Shown here: positions 29,895-40,014 of the stretch, piece after piece
How the letters are laid out: the number at the start of each line of letters is the position of its first letter
Position numbering within the stretch: position 1 is the first letter of the stretch
Source: Bacteroidales bacterium
GTDB taxonomy: Bacteria > Bacteroidota > Bacteroidia > Bacteroidales > WCHB1-69
Direction: 5' to 3'
DNA length: 64,000 nucleotides
Assembly (NCBI GenBank): GCA_045534635.1
Contig: JAZSKB010000004.1
Span: 617 to 64,616, forward strand
The notes under the pieces: model-generated
Databases searched by the model: none
Told to the model about the DNA's origin: nothing
What the model saw: only the letters and a program-made list of their open reading frames with translations
Position numbers and translations under genes: made by a program

Positions 29895-30494
29895 TCATTT
29901 AATATTACAATCGCAAGAAGGAGAAAATAAAATTTTTACATTTGGCAACAATTCTTGCATTGCTTTTTTATGACTATCGTGCATATTGACAACACGTAAA
30001 TCTATCGTTTTCAAATTATTATCAAGTGCAGAAATTTCTTGTGGTAATGTGATAATCAATGTTGACCACATATCTAAGTATTTCAAATTTGTAAGATTTT
30101 TTATCTCTTTAGGCAATTCTGCAATATTGTTTCTATTGATTATTAGTTGTTGCAATTGAGACAATTTCCCAATTTTTGCAGGCAATTCTTTCAAACGATT
30201 GTTGGACAAATCTAAATATGTAAGATTTTGTAATTCAAATATTTGTTCAGGAATTTCTTTAAGATTTACTCCTGAAAGAATCAATTGTTGTAAATTAGGA
30301 AAATTTAGTATTTTTTGAGAAAAATCATTTGGCAATTTACGTTTAAATTTCAAACGGTAAACCTTTTCACAAGCAATAGTATCTGTTTGTTCAAACGAAA
30401 AAAATAAAGTTTGTTGAGCCAAAGAAGCACTATCTAACACTTGAGCCTTTGCAACAAAAGGCAATAAAAACAAAAGCAAAAAACATTTTTTCAT
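29895..30494 (-). CDS. Leucine-rich-repeat protein, secreted
   Basis: Signal peptide MKKCFLLLFLLPFVAKAQ. About 23-residue LRRs (LTYLDLSNNRLKELP, LQQLIINRNNIAELP). The start is trimmed past the promoter box. Confidence 0.8.
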   Translation of the reverse strand: MKKCFLLLFLLPFVAKAQVLDSASLAQQTLFFSFEQTDTIACEKVYRLKFKRKLPNDFSQKILNFPNLQQLILSGVNLKEIPEQIFELQNLTYLDLSNNRLKELPAKIGKLSQLQQLIINRNNIAELPKEIKNLTNLKYLDMWSTLIITLPQEISALDNNLKTIDLRVVNMHDSHKKAMQELLPNVKILFSPSCDCNIK

Positions 30495-30509
30495 TTGTAC
30501 AATTTTTTG

Positions 30510-30517
30510 CAAAAATA
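30510..30517 (-). promoter_or_regulatory. -7 promoter box TATTTTTG (LRR gene)
   Basis: TAnnTTTG match on the minus strand, 16 nt upstream of ATG 30494. Confidence 0.55.
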
Positions 30518-30609
30518 CCAAAAATTTGCCAAATTTTTGAATGTTTTTTATTAAAAAAAAGGTGTTGAAAAGAAATGTCTTTTTTTCTTTTTTATATTCA
30601 ATTGATTTT

Positions 30610-30617
30610 TACTTTTG
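30610..30617 (+). promoter_or_regulatory. -7 promoter box TACTTTTG (TPR gene)
   Basis: TAnnTTTG match 35 nt upstream of ATG 30652. Confidence 0.55.
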
Positions 30618-30651
30618 TGTAATTTTTCACTATACGAAAACATTATTAGTA

Positions 30652-33600
30652 ATGAAAAAAGAGATTTTATTTAAATGGCTTATAATTAGTATATTGGTTT
30701 TGTTTAATGGAAAGATAATTGCTCAACAAAGCCGCCATTATCATTCTCCAGAACATGAATTTACTCGTGCAAAAGAGTTATTCGACAAACAACAATATGG
30801 TTCTGCCAAAAGTTTGTTTACTCAGGTCTATCAAAAGATTGAAGACAATTTTGACACTCGAAAACAAACATCTTTGTTTCATATGGCATTATGTGCAACT
30901 ATTCTTTATCATGATGATGCTGAACAATTAGCCTATTATTTTGCTTCAGAATATCCTCAATATATGGATTTAGACAGAATGTGGTTTCATTTGGGAGAAT
31001 ACTTTTTTACTAAAAAACAATACAAAAAAGCACTTGTCGAATATCAAAAAATCAATCCAAAAATATTGACAGAAGAAGAAAAAGCTTCTTATGAATTTAA
31101 AATGGCTTATGGTTATTTTATTCAAGATATGTATGCAGAAGCAAAACCTTTGTTTTCTTCGGTAATGCAATCGGAAAACGATTACAAAAATAAATCTATT
31201 TTCTATTATTCGCATATCCTTTATACTGAAAAAAGTTATAACGCTGCTTTACAAGGATTTACAAGATTGATAAATGAAGAAACTTATTCTGAAATTGTGC
31301 CTTTTTATGTAGCACATATCTATTTTGGAACAGAGCGATACAATGAAATTATTGCTCAAAAAGACGAACTTTTATCAAAAAGTAGTAAAAAACGTTTGCC
31401 TGAAATCAATGGTATTATTGCACAATCGTATTTCCAAATACAAAAATACAGAGAGGCTATTCCTTATTTTGAAGAACATATCAAAACCAACAGCAATACG
31501 GCTTGTGAAATTTATTATATGATTGGCTATTGTTATTACAAAAACAATCAATATTCCAACGCTATTGATAATCTTACACAATCCATTTGTTCTAACGATA
31601 GCATTAATCAGTATGCATATTATACCCTTGGAGATAGTTATTTGCAAAACAATCAAAAAGAATTTGCCTCACGAGCCTTTTTGTCTGCATACGAAAAAGG
31701 AAACAATGCTCGTATAAAAGAAGATGCTCTTTTTCAATATGCTAAATTGCAATACGAATTGGCAAGCAATCCTTTTCTTTCAGCTATTTCTGCATTTGAA
31801 AAATATTTAAACGAATATGCAAACTCTGCCCGAAGAAACGAAGTCGAAACATTTCTTTCTTCTATTTATCTTACAACAAAAAATTACAAGGCAGCAATTG
31901 TTTCTTTAGAAAAAATCACCAACAAAAGTACAACTTTATTAAAAGCATATCAACGAGTTACTTATTATCGAGGATTGGAATTTTTCAACGAAAACAATTA
32001 CGAAGAAGCGGAACAATATTTCAATATTTCTCTTTCTAACAATTATGATGCCGCTATTTATGCTCAAACATTATTTTGGAAATCTGAAATTGATTATCGT
32101 AGAGAAAATTATAAACAAGCCGCTAATGGTTTCACATTATTTCTCAACAATTCCAAAAGTAAAGAAGTGGTTGAATATCCAATGTGTTTTTACAATTTAG
32201 CATACGCTGAATTTAAACAGAAAAAATATTCTTCTGCAACAACTCGTTTCAAAGAATTTTTATCTTTTAAAAATCAAATTGCCGATTATAGACTTATTGC
32301 AGATGCTTACAATCGTTTGGGAGATTGTGCTTTTATGCAATCACAATTAGAATCTGCTCACGTATATTATTCTCAAGCAGTAGAAATGAATGTTTACGAT
32401 GTTGATTATGCATTATTTCAAAAAGCACAAACCGAAGGTAGTTTACGTCAATATGATACCAAAAACAATACAATGAAAGAATTGATTGAAAGGTATCCTT
32501 CTTCTTATTATATCGCAGATGCTCAATACGAAATTGCAAATACATTTTTTTCTGCAGGAAAAATACAAGAAGCATTGAACGCTTATGACAATTTTATTAC
32601 ACAAAACCCGAAAAATCAATTAGTTAAATCTGCATTGCTAAAAAAAGGTTCTATTTATTATAACAACAATCAAGATGAAAAAGCACTTGAAGTATATAAA
32701 CAAATAGTAGCAAATTATCCTCACACTGACGAAGCAGGAACAGCACTAAAAAGCATAGAAAATATTTATGTTGCCTCTGGAAATGTTGACGATTTTTTCA
32801 ATTACGTTCGGAATGTTTCTTCGGATAAAATTACTGTTTCTTTTCAAGATTCTGTAACTTACAATGCTGCTTCTGAACAATATTTTAGTAAAAATTTTAT
32901 TGAAGCAGAAAAAGGTTTTGAACAATATATCAATCGTTTTCCAGATGGTGTTTTTATTTTAAAAGCCAATTATTACAAAGGAGAATGTGCTCTTCGTAGA
33001 AATGATTTTATTTCTGCTCTTCCTGCTTATGAATATGTTATTCAACATAAAGGAGAAGAACAATTTTTATTTCCTTCATTACAAAACGCTGCTCGTATTC
33101 AACTTGCAGATAGCAATTACAAACAAGCAATTGTTTATTATAAACAATTAAATGAACATGCTCCTCTTACTTCTCAAAAAATAGAAGGTTTACACGGGCA
33201 AACACTTTGTTATTATCATTTAAAAGATTTTAACAACGCTTTAATATTAGCTCAACAATTGTCTGCTGAAGAACATGCTGATTTGTCTCAAAAAGAATTA
33301 GGTCATTTGATTGCTGCCCGTAGTGCTATTGCCATTGATAGTTTTGCTTTAGCAGAAAAAGAATATACTATTTTATCAAAAGGAAATTCTACAGAATCTG
33401 CTTCTGAAGCATTATACTATCTTGCTTATATCAATTATTTGAGCAATGATATGGACAAAACAGAAAAACGAATTTTTGATATGCTTGTCAATATCACTCA
33501 TGATTATTGGTTGGCAAAATCATATATTTTATTGGGAGATGTTTATTTAGCAAAAGGAAATTCATTCCAAGCGAAACATACTTATATGAGTATTATCGAA

Positions 33601-33726
33601 AATTATGATGGTGAAGATTTAAAAACCATTGCAACAGAAAAATACAATGCAATAATTGCTCAAGAACAAAAAAATTCACAAACCAATCAAAATGTGGAGG
33701 ATTCTGAAAATGAAATTATTAAATAA
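30652..33726 (+). CDS. Large tetratricopeptide-repeat protein, secreted
   Basis: Signal peptide at M38 of the track ORF. Many TPR-like A/Y/F-patterned helical repeats across about 1020 aa. Confidence 0.75.
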   Translation: MKKEILFKWLIISILVLFNGKIIAQQSRHYHSPEHEFTRAKELFDKQQYGSAKSLFTQVYQKIEDNFDTRKQTSLFHMALCATILYHDDAEQLAYYFASEYPQYMDLDRMWFHLGEYFFTKKQYKKALVEYQKINPKILTEEEKASYEFKMAYGYFIQDMYAEAKPLFSSVMQSENDYKNKSIFYYSHILYTEKSYNAALQGFTRLINEETYSEIVPFYVAHIYFGTERYNEIIAQKDELLSKSSKKRLPEINGIIAQSYFQIQKYREAIPYFEEHIKTNSNTACEIYYMIGYCYYKNNQYSNAIDNLTQSICSNDSINQYAYYTLGDSYLQNNQKEFASRAFLSAYEKGNNARIKEDALFQYAKLQYELASNPFLSAISAFEKYLNEYANSARRNEVETFLSSIYLTTKNYKAAIVSLEKITNKSTTLLKAYQRVTYYRGLEFFNENNYEEAEQYFNISLSNNYDAAIYAQTLFWKSEIDYRRENYKQAANGFTLFLNNSKSKEVVEYPMCFYNLAYAEFKQKKYSSATTRFKEFLSFKNQIADYRLIADAYNRLGDCAFMQSQLESAHVYYSQAVEMNVYDVDYALFQKAQTEGSLRQYDTKNNTMKELIERYPSSYYIADAQYEIANTFFSAGKIQEALNAYDNFITQNPKNQLVKSALLKKGSIYYNNNQDEKALEVYKQIVANYPHTDEAGTALKSIENIYVASGNVDDFFNYVRNVSSDKITVSFQDSVTYNAASEQYFSKNFIEAEKGFEQYINRFPDGVFILKANYYKGECALRRNDFISALPAYEYVIQHKGEEQFLFPSLQNAARIQLADSNYKQAIVYYKQLNEHAPLTSQKIEGLHGQTLCYYHLKDFNNALILAQQLSAEEHADLSQKELGHLIAARSAIAIDSFALAEKEYTILSKGNSTESASEALYYLAYINYLSNDMDKTEKRIFDMLVNITHDYWLAKSYILLGDVYLAKGNSFQAKHTYMSIIENYDGEDLKTIATEKYNAIIAQEQKNSQTNQNVEDSENEIIK

Positions 33727-35509
33727 AAATATGATTCATTATACAAAGCAGTATCTGCTTATTTTATTAAGTTTTATATTCTTTGTTTCTGTAATGGGAC
33801 AATCTCAATACGATGTGATAGTTAGTTCGACATTTAGTCCTACCATTAGCGACGCTCAAAAGAAAATAGAACAAAAAGCAGAAATAAACGACACGTCAAA
33901 AAATGTTACTGAAGTAACCTATAATATCTCTGTTCCTGCTTATCGTTATCAATTTGAACCAGACCCTATAAATGCTCCTAAAGTAGGAAGAGATAAAATT
34001 CATCGACTTTATCGCAATTATATCAAGTTTGGTTTTGGAAATTATCTTACTCCTTATTTAGATTTTGAAGCAAATTCTCTTCGTTCAACAAAATACGCAT
34101 TTGGAGTAAAAATTTTTCATCATTCTTCTTGGGGAAAAATCAAAACTTATGCTCCCGCAGGATTTAGCGATAGCCGTGTCAATATTTATGGTGAAAGATA
34201 TTTTAAAAATTATATTCTTTCTGCAAGTATGTCTTACAACCATTTATTAGCACATTGTTATGGATTTCAGCCTGATAGCGTTTTTTCTTTTGATAAAACC
34301 AATGAGGAAAACATTAAAATAAATGGAAAAGATATTCTTAGACAATATCATCATGCCAATGGAGAATTGTTTTATAGAAGTAGTGCTGATATTAACAAAC
34401 ACAAATTCAATCAATTGTATGCTATAAAATACAATTTCTTGGCAGATAACAACAAAAATACTTACGAACACGATATTCAAGCATATACAGACTTAAACAA
34501 AGATGTAGAAATAAAGAAATTTACCTATATCAATTTTGGTGGACGTTTAGGTATGGATTATCGTCACAATCGTTGGCAAAATCAACATTTAGCAGATTAT
34601 TGGATAATCAATTTGAATCCACATGCTGCTTTTCAATATAAAGAATATTATCTAAAAGTAGGTTTTGATATGGCTCTTTCTACCGAACCTTCTTGGGGCA
34701 ATGATACAATAAAAACAACACGTTTTCACTTTTTTCCAGATATAGAAGCCCGATTGAATATTGTTCCCAACATCTTTGCAATTTATGCTCGTTTCGATGG
34801 TGGAATTTATCATGATAATTATTACAAAAATATTGAAGAAAATCCTTATTTGTCAAACGAGTTGAGATTAGGATTTATTGACCAAAAATCTCGTTTTTAT
34901 TTAGGTTTACAAACAAGTATTTCTCGTAGTTTAACTATTGGAGCAGGTGCTTCTTTTGCTTTTTATGGAGCTCTTCCTTATTTTATCAACGACACCGCAC
35001 AACTTTTTAATTACAAAGATACTGCTTTGTTCATTGGAAATACTTATACGATTATTTATGATAAAAGCAAAGTATTAAATGCTCATTTCGATATGAATTA
35101 CAAATACAAAGATATGCTCAATCTTGGTTTGAATATTGATTATAATTATTTTATAACAAGTGAAAATTTGTTAAAACCATGGTACAAACCTGCTTTGGAA
35201 ATAAAATTAGATGCTCAATATGTTTTATTGAAAAAATTTGTTTTCAAACTTGGATTTGATATTGATGCTTTTATGTATCGTCCTGAATTTATAGAAAACA
35301 ATGTTGGTTACATTGCTATGACCCCTATTTTTGATTTCGATTTTGGATTTGAATATCTTTGGTCGAAACGTTTTTCTATTTTTGCTAATTTCAATAATTT
35401 TCCTTGCCAACGCAATCTTAACTATTTTAATTATCCTAATCATCGTATCAATGTTTTGTTTGGCTTAAAATATACTTTTGGAGGGGAATCTTTAACAAAA
35501 AAGAAATAA
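33710..35509 (+). CDS. Putative outer-membrane beta-barrel (porin-like) protein
   Basis: Signal peptide; alternating amphipathic strands; aromatic C-terminus (LFGLKYTFG). Overlaps the TPR gene by 17 nt. The start is uncertain (33692, 33710 or 33731). Confidence 0.55.
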   Translation: MKLLNKNMIHYTKQYLLILLSFIFFVSVMGQSQYDVIVSSTFSPTISDAQKKIEQKAEINDTSKNVTEVTYNISVPAYRYQFEPDPINAPKVGRDKIHRLYRNYIKFGFGNYLTPYLDFEANSLRSTKYAFGVKIFHHSSWGKIKTYAPAGFSDSRVNIYGERYFKNYILSASMSYNHLLAHCYGFQPDSVFSFDKTNEENIKINGKDILRQYHHANGELFYRSSADINKHKFNQLYAIKYNFLADNNKNTYEHDIQAYTDLNKDVEIKKFTYINFGGRLGMDYRHNRWQNQHLADYWIINLNPHAAFQYKEYYLKVGFDMALSTEPSWGNDTIKTTRFHFFPDIEARLNIVPNIFAIYARFDGGIYHDNYYKNIEENPYLSNELRLGFIDQKSRFYLGLQTSISRSLTIGAGASFAFYGALPYFINDTAQLFNYKDTALFIGNTYTIIYDKSKVLNAHFDMNYKYKDMLNLGLNIDYNYFITSENLLKPWYKPALEIKLDAQYVLLKKFVFKLGFDIDAFMYRPEFIENNVGYIAMTPIFDFDFGFEYLWSKRFSIFANFNNFPCQRNLNYFNYPNHRINVLFGLKYTFGGESLTKKK

Positions 35510-35558
35510 AAAACAATATTTATATTGTTAACACGTTAAAACAATAAAAATATTTCAA

Positions 35559-36299
35559 ATGAGAAAATTTGTTGCTTTATTTATTATATTGATTTATAAT
35601 GGGTTCGTTTTTGGAAATGATTTTCAAGAAGGAAATGAAGCCTATAATAACAAAGATTTCAAAACTGCAATTAATTTGTATGAAAATTGTGTTAATCAAG
35701 GTGTTGCAAATCCTATTTTGTTTTTCAATTTAGGTAATGCTTATTTCAAAAATGAAAATCTTGGTAAAGCAATTTTATGGTACGAAAGGGCTTTGCGTTT
35801 AGAACCAAATAATGAAGATATTATTCATAATTTGGCTTTTGCAAATACTCAAATTGTTGATAAAGTGAACAATGATGTTTTTTGGATTGAACAATTTTTT
35901 AACAAAATTCTTTTTCTTTTCTCTACACGTTCTTGGGCTTTTCTCTCTATTATTTTTGTATTTTTAACTTGTTTTTGTATTGCTATTTTGCTTATTGCTA
36001 AACAATCTAAAATGAGAATGTTTTTCTTTTTTTCAACAATTACTTTTCTTATTTTATTTATTATCAGTATAATAATTGCTTCTATTAGTTATAAGCAAAC
36101 GACAAATAACGATAAAATTATTGTTACAAAATTGTCTGTTGTTGTCAAAAGTACACCCGATTCTTCGGGTACGACTTTATTTACTGTTCACGAAGGTATC
36201 AAAGGAATAATTACTGATAAAACCGATAAATGGATTGAAGTAAAATTTCCTAACGACGAAAAAGGCTGGATAGAATCTACTTCAGCAGAAATAATTTAA
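35559..36299 (+). CDS. TPR + SH3b membrane protein (BatE-like)
   Basis: N-terminal TPR (LGNAYFKNENLGKAILWYERALRLEPNN), central TM helices, and a C-terminal SH3-like segment. Confidence 0.55.
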   Translation: MRKFVALFIILIYNGFVFGNDFQEGNEAYNNKDFKTAINLYENCVNQGVANPILFFNLGNAYFKNENLGKAILWYERALRLEPNNEDIIHNLAFANTQIVDKVNNDVFWIEQFFNKILFLFSTRSWAFLSIIFVFLTCFCIAILLIAKQSKMRMFFFFSTITFLILFIISIIIASISYKQTTNNDKIIVTKLSVVVKSTPDSSGTTLFTVHEGIKGIITDKTDKWIEVKFPNDEKGWIESTSAEII

Positions 36300-36300
36300 T

Positions 36301-36541
36301 TGTTAATCAATGTTTATATATAGCAAGAATCGTGCCAAAGTGGTCGATTTTTGATAAAAATAAAAAAAAATTTTTTGTAAAATTTAAAATTTTCCTAAAC
36401 TTTCACAATATGTTGATTTTCAGCAAGAAAAGTTTGTATTGCTTTTTTCGGTATTACTGGTGATATTTTTATTGAACCTATTCTTTCTAAGTTGAATTTA
36501 AAACCTATAATTTTATAGAAAAAAATGATACTTTTGCAAAG
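36301..36541 (+). repeat. Dispersed intergenic repeat, copy C (segments 2-4 with left promoter arm)
   Basis: 36458-36540 is 83/83 identical to the reverse complement of 6546-6628. It ends in the -7 box TACTTTTG (36529-36536), which faces kdsA. Confidence 0.9.
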
Positions 36542-36576
36542 TTGTTTCTTCAAATCAATATCAAATAATTTTTTCA

Positions 36577-36584
36577 TAAATTTG
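36577..36584 (+). promoter_or_regulatory. -7 promoter box TAAATTTG (kdsA proximal)
   Basis: TAnnTTTG match 45 nt upstream of GTG 36629. It is a second promoter candidate, downstream of the repeat-borne one. Confidence 0.5.
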
Positions 36585-36628
36585 CAAGAACAATAAAGTA
36601 AGTTTATTTACAAGATTATAAAACAATA

Positions 36629-37447
36629 GTGGAAAGCAAAGATTTATTTAAGAGTATTATTGAGCAATGTCAAGAAAATTTTTTTCTCATAGCCGGTCCT
36701 TGTGTCGTAGAAGACGAAACAATGCCAATGAAGATAGCCTCTCAATTGAAAGAGATTACCACAGCATTGAATATTCCATTTATTTTTAAGGCATCGTATC
36801 GAAAAGCCAATCGTTCGAGTGTAAATTCTTTTACTGGTATCGGAGACGAAAAAGCACTTAAATTAATAGCGGAAGTAAGACAAAAATTGCAGGTTCCCGT
36901 TTTGACAGATATTCATAGTGCTCAAGAAGCAAAAATGGCAGCAGATTATGTTGATGTGTTGCAAATACCTGCTTTTTTGTGCCGACAAACCGATTTGTTG
37001 GTATCCGCGGCACAAACAGGAAAAATAGTCAATGTGAAAAAAGGACAATTTTTATCTCCTGAAGCAATGAAATTTGTCGTAGAAAAAGTACGTTCTTCTG
37101 GAAATGATAAAGTAATGATAGTAGAAAGAGGAACAATGTTTGGATACCAAGATTTGGTTGTAGATTTTCGAGGAGCAACCATAATGCGAGAAAATAATTG
37201 TCCTATAGTGATAGATGTAACGCATTCATTGCAACAACCTAATCAAAGTTCTGGCGTTAGCGGAGGAAGAAGAAATTTAATAGCAACTATTGCCAAAGCA
37301 GGAATTGCTGTTGGGTTCGATGGCGTTTTTATGGAAACACATTATGATGTAACTCATGCAAAATCAGACGCTTCTAATATGATTCCTCTTGATGAAGTAA
37401 AAGCCTTGTTAGAACAACTTGTTAAAATACGAAAAGCTATTTCTTAA
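36629..37447 (+). CDS. kdsA: 3-deoxy-8-phosphooctulonate synthase
   Basis: LIAGPCVVE and FKASYRKANRSS motifs; 272 aa; GTG start. Confidence 0.9.
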   Translation: MESKDLFKSIIEQCQENFFLIAGPCVVEDETMPMKIASQLKEITTALNIPFIFKASYRKANRSSVNSFTGIGDEKALKLIAEVRQKLQVPVLTDIHSAQEAKMAADYVDVLQIPAFLCRQTDLLVSAAQTGKIVNVKKGQFLSPEAMKFVVEKVRSSGNDKVMIVERGTMFGYQDLVVDFRGATIMRENNCPIVIDVTHSLQQPNQSSGVSGGRRNLIATIAKAGIAVGFDGVFMETHYDVTHAKSDASNMIPLDEVKALLEQLVKIRKAIS

Positions 37448-37618
37448 AAATATTTAGAAAAAATTAGTCGTTGTTACGCTTGTCTCATCTCTTATCGTAA
37501 TATGTTTCATAATTGTAATGTATATATAACAACGTCTCAAAAAAAAATGTTGTTATAAAAATATTTTTTATTAAGAAAACATTTATCAAGTGTACAAAAA
37601 AGTCATTAAAAAAAATGC

Positions 37619-37626
37619 TACATTTG
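37619..37626 (+). promoter_or_regulatory. -7 promoter box TACATTTG (lipA)
   Basis: TAnnTTTG match 30 nt upstream of ATG 37656. Confidence 0.55.
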
Positions 37627-37655
37627 CGATTATTGAGAAAATAGAGTAAATAAAA

Positions 37656-38519
37656 ATGGATAGAACAAGAAAACCAGATTGGTTGAAAATAAAATTAGAA
37701 GCGGGAGGCAATTACCCAAAGGTAAAAAAGGTAGTGGAAATGAATAAATTGCACACTATCTGTAGTAGTGGAAAATGCCCAAATATAGGAAAATGTTGGA
37801 ATATGGGAACGGCAACATTTATGATATTAGGAGATATTTGTACACGTAGTTGTAAATTTTGTGCAACGAAAACAGGCAAACCTCTTCCACCAGAAGCACA
37901 AGAACCCGAACGTATAGCAGATAGTGTTCATTTAATGCAACTCAAACATTGTGTAATTACCTCTGTTGATAGAGATGATTTACCAGATAAAGGTGCTCAA
38001 TTTTGGGCAGATACAATAATGGCAATACGTAAAAAAAATCCTGAAACAATTATAGAAGTTTTAACACCTGATTTTGATGGTGTTGAACAATATTTAAATA
38101 TTGTTTTTAATGCCAAACCAGATATTTTCAGTCATAATATAGAAACAGTAAAACGTTTGTCTTCTCAAGTAAGAAGTAGAGCAAAATACGAGTTGAGTTT
38201 AGATGTTTTGCGTCAATCTGCAGCCAAAGGATTAATTACCAAATCGGGAATTATGGTTGGCTTGGGTGAAATCGAAGAAGAAGTAATATCTACTATGAAA
38301 GACATGAAAAATGTTGGTTGTCAAATGCTTACAATTGGACAATATTTGCAACCCACACACGATAATCTTCCTGTAAAAGAATATATTACACCAGAACAAT
38401 TCGATAAATATAAACGTATCGGTTTGGAGTTAGGTTTTGGAAATGTAGAAAGTGCACCATTGGTACGTTCTTCGTATATGGCAGAACGTAGTTTTGTATC
38501 ATCAAATATTTGTAAATAA
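37656..38519 (+). CDS. lipA: Lipoyl synthase
   Basis: CTRSCKFCA radical-SAM cluster plus the N-terminal CPNIGKCW cluster. Confidence 0.95.
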   Translation: MDRTRKPDWLKIKLEAGGNYPKVKKVVEMNKLHTICSSGKCPNIGKCWNMGTATFMILGDICTRSCKFCATKTGKPLPPEAQEPERIADSVHLMQLKHCVITSVDRDDLPDKGAQFWADTIMAIRKKNPETIIEVLTPDFDGVEQYLNIVFNAKPDIFSHNIETVKRLSSQVRSRAKYELSLDVLRQSAAKGLITKSGIMVGLGEIEEEVISTMKDMKNVGCQMLTIGQYLQPTHDNLPVKEYITPEQFDKYKRIGLELGFGNVESAPLVRSSYMAERSFVSSNICK

Positions 38520-39193
38520 TGAACATTCATTTTGAAGATTGGGGAACTATTGATTATGGGCAAGCCTTAAGGCAACAACAAGAAATATTTGATAAAATAG
38601 TTGCTCAAAAAAGTGATTTTAGCAATTTATCGGCATATATACCATATCAACGATTTGTAGTATGTGAACACCCTCACGTATATACGTTGGGCAAACATGG
38701 TCAACAGCAAAATATGCTTATCAGTGAAGATTTTCTAAAAAAAATAAATGCAACGTATTATCAAATAGATAGAGGTGGAGACATTACCTATCATGGTCCT
38801 GGTCAAATAGTTGGATATCCTATATTGGATATAGAAGCCTTGCAATTATCGTTGAAAGAGTATATCTACAATATAGAGGAAGCAATTATTTTGACATTGC
38901 AAACTTATGGAATAACATCTTCTCGTTTACAAGGAGCAACAGGAGTTTGGTTAGATGTAGGCGGAAAAGATACTCGAAAAATATGTGCTATAGGGGTTCG
39001 TTCAAGTCGTTATATTACCATGCATGGTTTTGCTCTAAATGTAAATACCGATTTAAAATATTTTTCGTATATCAATCCATGTGGTTTTATCGATAAAGGA
39101 GTAACTTCTATGGAAAAAGAGTTGCATCAAAAACAAGAAATTTCGATAATAAAATCCCAAATTTACAAAAATTTTTGCAAATTAGTACTCTAA
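38519..39193 (+). CDS. lipB: Octanoyltransferase
   Basis: RGGDITYHGPGQIVGYPIL motif. Start overlaps the lipA stop. Confidence 0.9.
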   Translation: MNIHFEDWGTIDYGQALRQQQEIFDKIVAQKSDFSNLSAYIPYQRFVVCEHPHVYTLGKHGQQQNMLISEDFLKKINATYYQIDRGGDITYHGPGQIVGYPILDIEALQLSLKEYIYNIEEAIILTLQTYGITSSRLQGATGVWLDVGGKDTRKICAIGVRSSRYITMHGFALNVNTDLKYFSYINPCGFIDKGVTSMEKELHQKQEISIIKSQIYKNFCKLVL

Positions 39194-39334
39194 AAAAGAC
39201 GCTTTAAGTAAAAAAACAAGCCATTTTTTCAAAAAAACAGAAAGATAAAAGAACATAATATATTGATAGATAAATATAAATCAAAAAAAAGAAAAAAAAA
39301 TGGCGTAAATTTTTATTCATATTAAAAAAAATTG

Positions 39335-39342
39335 TACTTTTG
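39335..39342 (+). promoter_or_regulatory. -7 promoter box TACTTTTG (tRNA-Gln)
   Basis: TAnnTTTG match 16 nt upstream of the tRNA 5' end. Confidence 0.6.
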
Positions 39343-39358
39343 CAGTGCGTAAGATGAT

Positions 39359-39429
39359 TGACCAATGGTGTAATGGTAGCACTACAGTTTTTGGTACTGT
39401 CTGTCTAGGTTCGAATCCTGGTTGGTCAA
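39359..39429 (+). tRNA. tRNA-Gln (anticodon UUG)
   Basis: Cloverleaf folded by hand. Acceptor TGACCAA/TTGGTCA, anticodon stem ACAGT/ACTGT with loop TT-TTG-GT, T arm CTAGG-TTCGAAT-CCTGG. Confidence 0.9.
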
Positions 39430-39476
39430 CAGTAAATTTCACAGCGTTAATTGTTGTGGGGTTTTGAAAGGAAAAA

Positions 39477-39505
39477 AGGAGGGGGCTTGTGCAACCCTCT
39501 TTTTT
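39477..39505 (+). terminator. Rho-independent terminator after tRNA-Gln
   Basis: GGAGGG...CCCTCT stem followed by T6. Confidence 0.7.
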
Positions 39506-39536
39506 GTTAGTAATATAAAATGAAAGTAAAAATAAA

Positions 39537-39989
39537 ATGGGACGAATTACGGTAGAGTATATCACAAAATTAGTCAATGAACATATTGAGGGAACTGATT
39601 TGTTTGTTGGAGAAATAAAAGTGAAACCAGGAAATATCATCTATGTCTTTTTAGATGGAGACAATGGTGTAACTATTGAAAAATGTGTAGAGGTAAGTCG
39701 TCATATAGAAAAAAGTTTAGATAGAGCAAATGAAGATTTTGAATTAAATGTTTCTTCGTATGGTATAGGTCAGCCGTTGAAATATTTACGACAATATCGT
39801 AATGCAATAGGAAAACAACTTTCGGTAATACTTAATGATGGAACTAAACATGTGGGGAAATTACTTCAAGTAGAAGAATCATCAATTGTTATACAAAAAG
39901 TTGCTACCAAAAAGAAAGATTCTCCAATAGAATTGACTATTGAGTTGAAAGACATAAAGATAGCAAAATTAGATGTAGTATTTAAATAG
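39537..39989 (+). CDS. rimP: Ribosome maturation factor RimP
   Basis: 150 aa in the conserved position upstream of nusA. Confidence 0.85.
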   Translation: MGRITVEYITKLVNEHIEGTDLFVGEIKVKPGNIIYVFLDGDNGVTIEKCVEVSRHIEKSLDRANEDFELNVSSYGIGQPLKYLRQYRNAIGKQLSVILNDGTKHVGKLLQVEESSIVIQKVATKKKDSPIELTIELKDIKIAKLDVVFK

Positions 39990-40014
39990 TAAAATAAAAA
40001 TAACAAATATACAA

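Noticed and set aside
36395-36577. 60-aa ORF inside repeat copy C (and 55053-55292 inside copy G)
   Set aside because: The corresponding frame in copy A hits a stop after PKKAT, so the ORF is not maintained between copies.
37526-37556. ATAACAAC / GTTGTTAT hairpin after kdsA as a terminator
   Set aside because: The 8-bp stem is almost entirely A-T, the loop is 15 nt and there is no clean T-run. That is too weak to call.
39317-39640. 107-aa minus-strand ORF
   Set aside because: It covers tRNA-Gln, its terminator and the rimP start, so it is spurious.
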